This document shows, piece after piece, positions 51,001-62,501 of a stretch of 64,000 bases of DNA. Source of the stretch: Ranitomeya imitator (lineage: Eukaryota); NCBI RefSeq assembly GCF_032444005.1, contig NC_091288.1, forward strand, positions 213,280,001 to 213,344,000, written 5' to 3'. Both the position numbers and the translations under genes were made by a program. Position 1 is the first letter of the stretch. Every line of letters starts with the position of its first letter. A model generated the notes under the pieces. That model saw only the letters and a list, made by a program, of their open reading frames with translations, searched no databases and was not told the DNA's origin.

Positions 51001-54000
51001 TTATACCCCGGTCCTGTACACTGCGGCCCCCTCCTCTATTATACCCCGGTCCTGTACACTGCGGCCCCCCTCCTCTATTATACTTCTGTCCTGTACACTG
51101 CGGCCCCCCTCCTCTATTATACCCCGGTCCTGTACACTGCGGCCCCCTCCTCTATTATACTCCTGTCCTGTACACTGCGGCCCCCCTCCTCTATTATACC
51201 CCGGTCCTGTACACTGCGGCCCCCTCCTCTATTATACCCCGGTCCTGTACACTGCGGCCCCCCTCCTCTATTATACTCCTGTCCTGTACACTGCGGCCCC
51301 CCTCCTCTATTATACCCCGGTCCTGTACACTGCGGCCCCCTCCTCTATTATACCCCGGTCCTGTACACTGCGGCCCCCTCCTCTATTATACCCCGGTCCT
51401 GTACACTGCGGCCCCCTCCTCTATTATACCCCGGTCCTGTACACTGCGGCCCCCTCCTCTATTATACCCCGGTCCTGTACACTGCGGCCCCCCTCCTCTA
51501 TTATACCCCGGTCCTGTACACTGCGGCCCCCCTCCTCTATTATACCCCGGTCCTGTACACTGCGGCCCCCTCCTCTATTATACCCCGGTCCTGTACACTG
51601 CGGCCCCCTCCTCTATTATACCCCGGTCCTGTACACTGCGGCCCCCCTCCTCTATTATACCCCGGTCCTGTACACTGCGGCCCCCCTCCTCTATTATACT
51701 CCTGTCCTGTACACTCTCTATTACCTCTATTATACCCGGTCCTGTATTCTGCGGCCCCCTCCTCCATTATACCCCGGTCCTGTATTCTGCGGCCCCCTCT
51801 TCCATTATACCCCGGTCCTGTATTATGCGGCCCCCTCCTCCATTATACACTGGTCCTGTACGTTGAGCCCCCCTTATAGTGTTGGGGGTATCACCTGTGA
51901 TCGGTATCTCACCTTTCTCGTAGGAATACGTGTTTGCGGTGCTCAGCCGGACGCTGCGATCTCCGTACGTCCGGAGCAGCTGCTCTTTCCTGCACAGCGA
52001 CCGGAACTCCTGCCATAGATGACATGTGAGAACCGCACAACATGAGTTCTGTATGGGGGGACGGGGACCAAAAATGCACTCACCGAATTATCTGTGAGTC
52101 CCTCAATAATGACCGGCCTCTTGTATGCATACCTGTTAAGAACAAGATCAGGGGCTCAGTGCATGTGCTGCAGGGAGCAGGGGGCTCAGTGCATGTGCTG
52201 CGGGGAGCTGGGGGCTCAGGACATGTGCTGCAGGGAGCAGGGGGCTCAGGGTATGTGCTGCTTGGAGAAGGGCTCAGTGCATGTGCTGCGGGGAGCAGGG
52301 GGCTCAGTGCATGTGCTGCGGGGTGCAGGGGGCTCAGGACGTGCTGCGGGGAGCTGGGGGCTCAGGATGTGCTGCGGGGAGCAGGGGGCTCAGGACAAGT
52401 GCTGAGGGGAGCAGGGGGCTCAGGGCATGTGCTGCTTGGAGACGGGCTCAGTGCATGTGCTGCTTGGAGAAGGGGGCTCAGTGCATGTGCTGCGGGGAGC
52501 AGGGGGCTCAGTGCATGTGCTGCGGGGAGCAGGGGGCTCAGTGCATGTGCTGTGGGGAGCTGGGGGCTTAGGACATGTGCTGCGGGGAGCAGGGGGCTCA
52601 GTGCATGTGCTGCTTGGAGAAGGGGGCTCAGTGCATGTGCTGCTTGGAGAAGGGGGCTCAGTGCATGTGCTGCTTGGAGAAGGGCTCAGTGCATGTGCTG
52701 CAGGGGGCTCAGTGCATGTGCTGCGGGGTGCAGGGGGCTCAGGACGTGCTGCGGGGAGCTGGGGGCTCAGGATGTGCTGCGGGGAGCAGGGGGCTCAGGA
52801 CAAGTGCTGAGGGGAGCAGGGGGCTCAAGGCATGTGCTGCTTGGAGACGGGCTCAGTGCATGTGCTGCTTGGAGAAGGTGGCTCAGTGCATGTGCTGCGG
52901 GGAGCAGGGGGCTCAGTGCATGTGCTGCGGGGAGCAGGGGGCTCAGTGCATGTGCTGCGGGGAGCAGGGGGCTCAGTGCATGTGCTGTGGGGAGCTGGGG
53001 GCTTAGGACATGTGCTGCGGGGAGCAGGGGGCTCAGTGCATGTGCTGCTTGGAGAAGGGGGCTCAGTGCATGTGCTGCTTGGAGAAGGGGGCTCAGTGCA
53101 TGTGCTGCTTGGAGAAGGGCTCAGTGCATGTGCTGCAGGGGGCTCAGTGCATGTGCTGCGGGGTGCAGGGGGCTCAGGACGTGCTGCGGGGAGCTGGGGG
53201 CTCAGGATGTGCTGCGGGGAGCAGGGGGCTCAGGACAAGTGCTGAGGGGAGCAGGGGGCTCAAGGCATGTGCTGCTTGGAGACGGGCTCAGTGCATGTGC
53301 TGCTTGGAGAAGGTGGCTCAGTGCATGTGCTGCGGGGAGCAGGGGGCTCAGTGCATGTGCTGCGGGGAGCAGGGGGCTCAGTGCATGTGCTGCGGGGAGC
53401 AGGGGGCTCAGTGCATGTGCTGCGGAGAGCTGGGGGCTCAGGACATGTGCTGCGGGGAGCAGGGAGCTCGGCCTGTGCTGCTTGGAGAAGGGGGCTCAGG
53501 ACATGTGCTGCGAGGAGCAGGTGGCTCAGGACATGTGCTACGGGGAGCAGGTGGCTCAGGACATGTGCTGCGGGGAGCAGGTGGCTCAGGACATGTGCTG
53601 CGGGGAGCAGGTGGCTCAGGACATGTGCTGCAGGGGGCTCGGCCTATGCTGCTTGGAGAAGGGGGCTCAGGACATGTGCTGCGGGGAGCAGGTGGCTCAG
53701 GACATGTGCTACGGGGAGCAGGTGGCTCAGGACATGTGCTGCGGGGAGCAGGGGGCTCAGTGCATGTGCTGCGGGGAGCAGGGAGCTCGGCCTGTGCTGC
53801 TTGGAGAAGGGGGCTCAGGACATGTGCTGCGAGGAGCAGGTGGCTCAGGACATGTGCTACGGGGAGCAGGTGGCTCAGGACATGTGCTGCAGGGGGCTCG
53901 GCCTATGCTGCTTGGAGAAGGGGGCTCAGGACATGTGCTGCGGGGAGCAGGTGGCTCAGGACATGTGCTACGGGGAGCAGGTGGCTCAGGACATGTGCTG

Positions 54001-57000
54001 TGGGGAGCAGGTGGCTCAGGACGTGCTGCGGGGAGTAGGGGGCTCGGCCTGTGCTGCTTGGAGAAGGGGGCTCAGGACATGTGCTGCGGGGAGCAGGTGG
54101 CTCAGGACATGTGCTGCGGGGAGCAGGTGGCTCAGGACATGTGCTGCGGGGAGCAGGTGGCTCAGGACATGTGCTGCGGGGAGAAGGTGGCTCAGGACAT
54201 GTGCTGCGGGGAGCAGGGGGCTCATGACATGTGCTGCGGGGAGCAGGGGGCTCATGACATGTGCTGCGGGGAGCAGGGGGCTCATGACATGTGCTGCGGG
54301 GAGCAGGGGGCTCATGACATGTGCTGCGGGGAGCAGGGGGCTCGGCCTGTGCTGCTTGGAGAAGGGGGCTCAGGACATGTGCTGCGGGGAGCAGGTGGCT
54401 CAGGACATGTGCTGCGGGGAGCAGGTGGCTCAGGACATGTGCTGCGGGGAGCAGGTGGCTCAGGACATGTGCTGCGGGGAGCAGGTGGCTCAGGACATGT
54501 GCTGCGGGGAGCAGGGGTCTCATGACATGTGCTGCGGGGAGCAGGTGGCTCAGGACATGTGCTGCGGGGAGCAGGTGGCTCAGGACATGTGCTGCGGGGA
54601 GCAGGTGGCTCAGGACATGTGCTGCGGGGAGCAGGTGGCTCAGGACATGTGCTGCGGGGAGCAGGTGGCTCAGGACATGTGCTGCGGGGAGCAGGTGGCT
54701 CAGGACATGTGCTGCGGGGAGCAGGGGGCTCAGGACATGTGCTGCGGGGAGCAGGGGGCTCATGACATGTGCTGCGGGGAGCAGGGGGCTCATGACATGT
54801 GCTGCGGGGAGCAGGTGGCTCAGGGCATGTGCTGCGGGGAGCAGGGGGCTCATGACATGTGCTGCGGGGAGCAGGGGGCTCATGACATGTGCTGCGGGGA
54901 GCAGGGGGCTCATGACGTGCTGCGGGGAGCAGGTGGCTCAGGGCATGTGCTGCGGGGAGCAGGGGGCTCATGACATGTGCTGCGGGGAGCAGGTGGCTCA
55001 GGACATGTGCTGCGGGGAGCAGGTGGCTCAGGACATGTGCTGCGGGGAGCAGGGGGCTCAGGACATGTGCTGCGGGGAGCAGGGGGCTCAGGACATGTGC
55101 TGCGGGGAGCAGGGGGCTCATGACATGTGCTGCGGGGAGCAGGGGGCTCATGACATGTGCTGCGGGGAGCAGGGGGCTCATGACATGTGCTGCGGGGAGC
55201 AGGGGGCTCATGACATGTGCTGCGGGGAGCAGGGGGCTCATGACATGTGCTGCGGGGAGCAGGTGGCTCAGGGCATGTGCTGCGGGGAGCAGGGGGCTCA
55301 TGACATGTGCTGCGGGGAGCAGGCGGCTCATGACATGTGCTGCGGGGAGCAGGGGGCTCATGACATGTGCTGCGGGGAGCAGGGGGCTCATACGATACGA
55401 TACACTTTATTGATCCCGTGGGAAATTATGGTATCACAGCAGCACAACTAAGGCTACGTTCACACTAGCGTTATGCTAGTGTGCGTCGGGTTAGCGTCGG
55501 GCGACGCAGCGGCGACGCATGCGTCATGCGCCCCTATATTTAACATGGTGGACGCATGCGTTATTGTTTGTTGCGTTGTGCGACGCATGCGTCTTTTTTG
55601 CCGCTAGCGTCGGACCAAGAAAACGCAACAAGTTGCATTTTTCTTGCGTCCGATTTTCGGCAAAAAACGACGCATGCGTCGCAAAACGCAGCGTTTTTGC
55701 GTGCGTTTTGCTGCGTTTTTGCGTGCGTTGTGCCGCCGACGCAGCGGTGCACAACGCTAGTGTGAATGTAGCCTTAAATCATAAAAATCATAAAGGAATG
55801 ACATAGTTGACATGACAGTTTGTTGACAGAAGAACATTATACATTAGAATAGGACATACACAACGAGTGAACTGAAATGTAGAGAAATGAGTAGACATTC
55901 ACCTTGGTGGTTTAACCCTAATGTTATTGTTGTACATTCCCATGGCAGTTGGCACAAACGATTTCCTATATTTTTCCTTCTTACACCTCAGAAGTATTAG
56001 CCGGTTGCTGAAGGTGCTCTTCTGTCTCATGAATAGCTCATATAATGGATGTGCATTATTGTTCATAATTGCCATACACTTTCTCAGAGTTCTTCTCTCC
56101 ACTACCTCCCCAAGAGTCCAGATTACAGCCGACAGCAGAACTTGCCTTCTTAATAATCTTATTCAGCTTATTAGCATCAGAGGCCCGCACACTACTACCC
56201 CAGCACGTGATTGCAAAAAAGATGGCACTTGCCACCACAGATTGGTAGAACATTTCTAACATTTTGCTACACACATTAAAAGACCTCAGTTTCCTTAGGA
56301 AATACAATCTGCTCATCCCCTTCTTGTAGACAAACTCTGAGTGGCATCTCCAGTCCAGTTTGCTATCCAAATGGACCCCCAAATATTTGTAACTCTCCAC
56401 CTGCTCGACCTCCTGACCTGCAATAGTGATCGGTAAGCATTCCAACTTTATCCTGCTATAGTTGGCCACCAACTCCTTGGTTTTCTTAACATTTAGTTGT
56501 AGATAGTTACCATTGCACCAATCCACGAAATTCGACACCACCCTTCTGTATTCCTCATCCCCCTGATCCCCCCTAATGCATCCCACAACCACGGAGTCAT
56601 CCGAAAATTTTTGAAGATGGCAAAGTTCAGATTTATACTGAAAGTCTGAAGTATACAGTATGAATAGAAAGGGCGCAAGCACCGTTCCCTGGGGGGCACC
56701 TACACTGCTCAATAATCTGCTTGACACCACTGCTCCCATCTGTACAAACTGTGGCCGATCTGATAGGTCGTCAGTTATCCAATTTCTCATCCCCTCCTCC
56801 ACCTTCATATCAGTCATCTTTTTGTGTAGTAAAAGTGGCTGCAGGGAGTTAAATGCACTCGAGAAATCGAAGAACATCGCTCGCACCGTGGTTCCGTCAG
56901 TCTCCAGAAATGAATGTACCCTATGTAACAGAGAAAGGATAGCATCGTCCACCCCCAATCTATGTCGGTACGCAAACTGAAGGGGATCGATGACGTGCTG

Positions 57001-60000
57001 CGGGGAGCAGAGGGCTCATGACATGCTGCTTGGAGAAGGGGGCTCAGGATATGTGCTGCGGGGAGCAGGGGGCTCAGTGCATGTGCTGCGGGGAGCTGGG
57101 GGCTCATGGTTTTAGGGCATGTACTGTGGGGGAGCAGAGTGCTTAGTGCATGGGCTGTAGAGGGCTTGGTGCATGTGCTGCGGAGGTGCATGGAGTTCAG
57201 TGTATGTGCTGTGGTTGTGCAGAGGGGGCTTGGTACCAGTGTTGCTGGCATGTATAGGGTTCGGAACACGGGGGGCAGATTGCTCGGAGCACGTGTTACA
57301 GAGGTGATGGAGACATGGCGGAGCACACAGGCAACCACTCACCGCTCGATGAATTCTGAGTAGGTGATGGAGGCGTCCCTCCTCTCCACTGTGCAGCGTT
57401 CCTCCTCTTGGACCGGGGAGTAATTGTTCCTTTGCCTGCAGACAAAAACAAGAGAACGTCATGTTTCCTGCAGAAGACGGGACCTGAAGTATCCGGATAA
57501 TAACTGCCAGCTATTCTTCACTCCCCCTTATCCATAGAAACGCTCGTTTTGTCTGAGTGTGCATGTGTTCTTAATAGGAAGAGGGGAGTAAGCTGCAGGT
57601 AGAAAACTCTTGAGATGATCTATTCCCCCACCGCAAAAATAATGGATATGATGCCTTAAAGGAGATTTCTACTATTATTAAACACTTTATAAATGCACCA
57701 ATGGGCCTGAGGGTAGTGCCAAAGTCAAAATATTTTCCCTGCACCCTCTGATAAACATTCTCCCTGGGCTCCTCTGATAAAGCGTCGGTGGAGCGTGCAC
57801 ACTGCTGCCCCATAGATGAGGGATGGAGCGACGGTGGAGCGTGCACACTGCTGCCCCATAGATGAGGGATGGAGCGACGGTGGAGCGTGCACACTGCTGC
57901 CCCATAGATTAGGGATGGAGCGACGGTGGAGCGTGCACACTGCTGCCCCATAGATTAGGGATGGAGCGACGGTGGAGCGTGCACATTGCTGCCCCATAGA
58001 TAAGGAATGGAGCGTCGGTGGAGCGTGCACACTGCTGCCCCATAGATAAGGGATGGAGCGACGGTGGAGCGTGCACACTGCTGCCCCATAGATTAGGGAT
58101 GGAGCGACGGTGGAGCGTGCACACTGCTGCCCCATAGATAAGGAATGGAGCGTCGGTGGAGCGTGCACACTGCTGCCCCATAGATAAGGGATGGAGCGAC
58201 GGTGGAGCGTGCACACTGCTGCCCCATAGATAAGGGATGGAGCGTCGGTATAGCGTGCACACTGCTGTCCCATAGATAAGGGATGGAGCGTCGGTATAGC
58301 GTGCACACTGCTGCCCCATAGATAAGGGATGGAGCGACGGTGGAGCGTGCACACTGCTGCCCCATAGATAAGGGATGGAGCGACGGTGGAGCGTGCACAC
58401 TGCTGCCCCATAGATGAGGGATGGAGCGTCGGTGGAGCGTGCACACTGCTGCCCCATAGATAAGGAATGGAGCGTCGGTGGAGTGTGCACACTGCTGCCC
58501 CATAGATGAGGGATGGAGCGTCGGTGGAGCGTGCACACTGCTGCCCCATAGATAAGGGATGGAGCGACGGTGGAGCGTGCACACTGCTGCCCCATAGATG
58601 AGGGATGGAGCGACGGTGGAGCGTGCACACTGCTGCCCCATAGATAAGGGATGGAGTGACGGTGGAGCGTGCACACTGCTGCCCCATAGATGAGGGATGG
58701 AGCGACGGTGGAGCGTGCACACTGCTGCCCCATAGATGAGGGATGGAGCGTTGGTGGAGCGTGCACACTGCTGCCCCATAGATGAGGGATGGAGCGTCGG
58801 TGGAGCGTGCACACTGCTGCCCCATAGATGAGGGATGGAGCGACGGTGGCGTGTGCACACTGCTGCCCCATAGATAAGGGATGGAGCGTCGGTGGAGCGT
58901 GCACATTGCTGCCCCATAGATAAGGGATGGAGTGACGGTGGAGCGTGCACACTGCTGCCCCATAGATGAGGGATGGAGCGACGGTGGAGCGTGCACACTG
59001 CTGCCCCATAGATAAGGGATGGAGCGTCGGTATAGCGTGCACACTGCTGCCCCATAGATAAGGGATGGAGCGTTGGTGGAGCGTGCACACTGCTGCCCCA
59101 TAGATGAGGGATGGAGCGTTGGTGGAGCGTGCACACTGCTGCCCCATAGATGAGGGATGGAGCGTCGGTGGAGCGTGCACACTGCTGCCCCATAGATGAG
59201 GGATGGAGCGACGGTGGAGCGTGCACACTGCTGCCCCATAGATGAGGGATGGAGCGTTGGTGGAGCGTGCACACTGCTGCCCCATAGATGAGGGATGGAG
59301 CGTCGGTGGAGCGTGCACACTGCTGCCCCATAGATAAGGGATGGAGCGTCGGTGGAGCGTGCACACTGCTGCCCCATAGATAAGGGATGGAGCGTCGGTG
59401 GAGCGTGCACACTGCTGCCCCATAGATGAGGGATGGAGCGTCGGTGGAGCGTGCACACTGCTGCCCCATAGATGAGGGATGGAGCGACGGTGGCGTGTGC
59501 ACACTGCTGCCCCATAGATGAGGGATGGAGCGACGGTGGAGCGTGCACACTGCTGTCCCGTTTTGCCGATCGCTGTGGTTCCCGGCGGTCAGACCCCTGC
59601 AGATCTATAACTATCATCTATCCTCTGGATTGGTGACAACTTGCTTTCTCTGGACAGCCCCTTTAATTGTGTGACACATTAGACGTCGTCTGGTCCTTCC
59701 ACAGCACGGGAGCGGGACCCAGCCGACCCTTCTGTTATTTGTCCAGGCCACAATTCGATGCCGAATTCATGGAGAACTGGACGTCTGCTGCTGGCGAATG
59801 TGCCTTATTAATTCTCCACAGATGTCGGGATGCTGGGAGTTGTAGTTGATGGCTTTTCCAAGGCTGTTTGTCCAGTGAGGCGATGACATCATAGCTGGTG
59901 ATGACATCATAGCTGGTGATGACATCAGTCACGCTGTCGGCCATAACTAGGACCCACCATCCTCCGCCGTCACATGCTGTGTAGTCGCTCCGCTCCTGCA

Positions 60001-60055
60001 GTGACAGCGCTACGATGACCTGGAGCAGGAGGTAACGGAGGGGGACAGACGCCAT
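45017..60055 (-). CDS. JMJD8: JmjC domain-containing protein 8, 269 aa, N-terminal signal peptide
   Basis: Exons 60055-59958, 57435-57343, 52132-52084, 52009-51913, 48957-48889, 48790-48671, 48532-48465, 48392-48258 and 45097-45017 (TAG), 810 nt, GT-AG, in phase. EEERCTVERR..RLSTANTYSY..DTLYFFGDNNFTEW..GVPFHWHGPGYSEVIYGRKRWFLYPP..VLYFPDRWWHATLNLDTSVFISTFLG matches JMJD8, including its HxH motif. Confidence 0.97.
45236..48180. repeat. 35-bp minisatellite (CACCATACTGCCGTCATCCTACTCGCTCTCTACAC) in JMJD8 intron 8
   Basis: Homogeneous from 45236 to 47220 and progressively degenerate to about 48180. Confidence 0.95.
49060..51862. repeat. 37/38-bp minisatellite (CCCCCTCCTCTATTATACCCCGGTCCTGTACACTGCGG) in JMJD8 intron 4
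   Basis: Direct periodicity, with variant blocks repeated at about 1-kb spacing. Confidence 0.96.
55392..56989 (-). mobile_element. 5'-truncated Rex1/Babar-type LINE (reverse transcriptase, one frameshift near 56090)
   Basis: DPLQFAYR..GVDDAI..MFFDFSSAFN..GAPQGTVLAPFLFILYTSDF..LQKFSDD..LNVKKTKE, continuing in a shifted frame as ERRTLRK..SFVPTAM. The 3' end has AATAAA and a (GTATC)n tail. The FSDD motif and microsatellite tail point to Rex1. Confidence 0.9.
55452..55773. mobile_element. MITE nested in the LINE 3' UTR, same TIR family as 3060-3459
   Basis: TAA|GGCTACGTTCACACTAGCG ... CGCTAGTGTGAATGTAGCC|TTA. Confidence 0.88.
57781..59558. repeat. 46-bp satellite (GCGTGCACACTGCTGCCCCATAGATAAGGGATGGAGCGACGGTGGA) in JMJD8 intron 1
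   Basis: About 38 units, flanked by TTAA-AGG (57656) and CCT-TTAA (59666) MITE-like ends. Confidence 0.95.
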
Positions 60056-60826
60056 GTGGTCCCGGGCCCCCGCAGCACCGCTTTCTTCACCTCCTCGCCC
60101 ACACCTGCAGTTATAGATACCACAGGTTATAAACTCCAGTGCGTAATAAACATTATATATAGAGCATCAATATCACAATATATAGAGGGCCAATATCGCA
60201 ATACACTTTATATATAGAGGGCGAATATCGTGATATGCATTATTTATATAGTGCCAATATCACGATATACACACGGTGTCAATAAAGTTTATTGATAGCC
60301 CACACAAGGCTGTACCAAGTACTGGATAGGCCTGTTGCTCCTGGCAACCAATCAGCTTCCTTTCCTCATTTTAGAAGCTGGAATCTGATTGGTTACTATA
60401 AACAATAAGCTCATTGGAAGAGGGCCATGTGCGCACTACGTCACCAATCACACTCCAGTTCATATGGCAGCTTAGAAAGCATTCTATGTAATGAATCTAT
60501 GGCGCTGTCAATAAACTTTATTTACAAAAAACACATATTGCGCTACATACATCTGGGCATGCTGGGAGCTGTAGTTCCGTCATTCAGCGCTCTCTCCGCC
60601 CGTGCATACAGTATGACAGACCTGACTGCCGGCTCCGGGGTTCTCCGTGTCCGGGAACTGATGATGTGTAAGAAAGAAATCACATTCACTCTCCGCCCGG
60701 CCACTCACTGCCGTCCACACGTCTGTAGCCGCACTGCACTGTGGGAGATGTAGTTCCTGATCGTCACACAGTAGGAATAACCGACCGGAAGTAAGAGAGC
60801 GAGAGAACTACATTACCCGACATGCA
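59829..60826. promoter_or_regulatory. JMJD8 promoter region with four ACTACA-nn-TCCCA (ZNF143/THAP11-type) motifs and an ETS site
   Basis: Motifs at 59829-59847, 60557-60577 and 60740-60756 (minus strand) and a more degenerate one at 60805-60826 (plus strand). CCGGAAGT at 60785-60792. Confidence 0.6.
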
Positions 60827-60980
60827 ACGCTGCCATATAAGAAACAGCCATTCAGATTACAGCTCACATTTTAACACAGCACGGTCTGGGATGGAAGAAG
60901 CAATCTGATTGGTTGTTAAAAATCAGGTTAGGGATTCAAGACAGGAGTCCTTTGGTAGCTAGGGGCGACGGCCTTACTAG

Positions 60981-61696
60981 GGCCGCTTTCACACCTCCGT
61001 TTTTCCTGGTACCAGAGATGTCAGTGTCCGTGTGTGTAAATTATGCTGCACATGTGTGCCGCATCAGTACCACACGCATCGGCGCCTGAGAAACAGCGGT
61101 ACAGTGAGCGCCGTTCCCCGGCGCCGGGTGATGAACACGGTTCTCATCATTCTTCCCTACCGGCGGTCAGGGGAGAATGACGAGAGTTATATTCAAGTGA
61201 TAAGTGACAGCAGGAGCGGCTGATGGGAGTAGTCCTCACCCGCCGTCTGTGATGTAAATAAATAAATAAAATCATGTTTCTCACCATGATCTGCAGTGAA
61301 GTCACTGAGCTTGAAATGCGGTGACCTCATCACTGACTTTTTCCCACGGTGCTGAGGTCACTGCAGTTCAGCCCGGCTGGGAACGCAGCCGCAGTGACCG
61401 GAGATAACCTCGATGACATCACCGCCGGTCACTGAGGCTGCGCCCGCTGCAGCTCATTCACCAGTGGTTCTCACTCAGTCTGGACGGTCGCATCTTGGCA
61501 CCGTCCTGGTTGAAAACTGTTTATCCCTCAGACATGGATTACGACATGGGACAGAATGATGGACAGGTGTGGTATATTGCTCTTTTTTATTTTACTTTTA
61601 TTACAGGAGACGAGGGCTTCGGTGGAATTAGGCGTTAGGTGAGTATAACTGTGTTTGTTATTTTTAAATAAAAAATTAAAAGTGTGTTTTGTTTTA
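60981..61696. mobile_element. Probable left part of a non-autonomous DNA element (GGCCGCTTTCACAC end), interrupted by a Helitron
   Basis: The start resembles the TIR of the MITEs at 3060 and 55452. No matching right end is in the window. Confidence 0.4.
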
Positions 61697-62501
61697 TCTA
61701 CTATATAATGGTCTAAGGGTCACTTCCGGCTTTCTGTCTGTCCTTCTGTCTGTCACGGATATTCATTGGTCGCGGCCTCTGTCTGTCATGGAAATCCAAG
61801 TCGCTGATTGGTCGTGGCAAAACGCCCACGACCAATCAGCGACGGGCACAGTCCGGCGGCAAAATGGCCGCTCCTTCCTCCCCGCAGTCAGTGCCCGCTC
61901 CGTACTCCCCTCCAGTCAGCCCTCACACAGGGTTAATGGCAGCGCTAATGGACCGCGGTGTAACGCACTCCGGTAATGCAGCTATTAACCCCGTGTGACC
62001 AAGTTTTTACTATTGATGCTGCGTATGCAGCATCAATAGTAAAAAGATCTAATGTTACAAATAAAAATAATTAAAAAAAACGTTATTCTCACCCTCCGCC
62101 GTCGCGTCCTGTCCTCGGCAGTGCAGGCGGCAGGTTCCGGTGCCAAGGATGCTATGCGAGAAGGACCTGCCATGATATCACGGTCATGTGACCGCGACGT
62201 CATCACAGGTCCTGCGCTCATACCAACCCTGGGACCGGAAGCTGCCGTAAACTACAAGGGGCCCTCGGAAGGTGAGTATATGTTTATTTTTTATTTTAAG
62301 CCTTTTTTAACCACGCATATAGTGCCCACATTGCTATATACTATGTGGGCTGTTACATACTGTGTGGGCTCTGTTATATACTACATGGCTGCTATGTACT
62401 ACGTGGCAGTGTTATATACTATGTGGGCAATGTTATATACTGCATGGGCTGCGTTATATACTACATGGCTGCTATATACTACGTGGGCAGTGTTATACAT
62501 A
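61697..62501 (+). mobile_element. Non-autonomous Helitron of the same family as 14577-16158, interrupted by Tc1
   Basis: Starts A|TCTACTATATAATGGTCTAAGGGTCACTT. Colinear with the reverse complement of about 15600-16158. It has a related but different internal VNTR, and its 3' end lies beyond the Tc1. Confidence 0.85.

Larger units (their letters stand above)
52150..57105. repeat. 30-bp minisatellite (CATGTGCTGCGGGGAGCAGGTGGCTCAGGA) in JMJD8 intron 2, split by a LINE
   Basis: Arrays at 52150-55391 and 56990-57105. Confidence 0.95.

Noticed and set aside
40533-59617. Long repetitive ORFs in the 45-, 35-, 37-, 30- and 46-bp arrays
   Set aside because: All are intronic tandem repeats with frame-cycling peptides and no unique domains.
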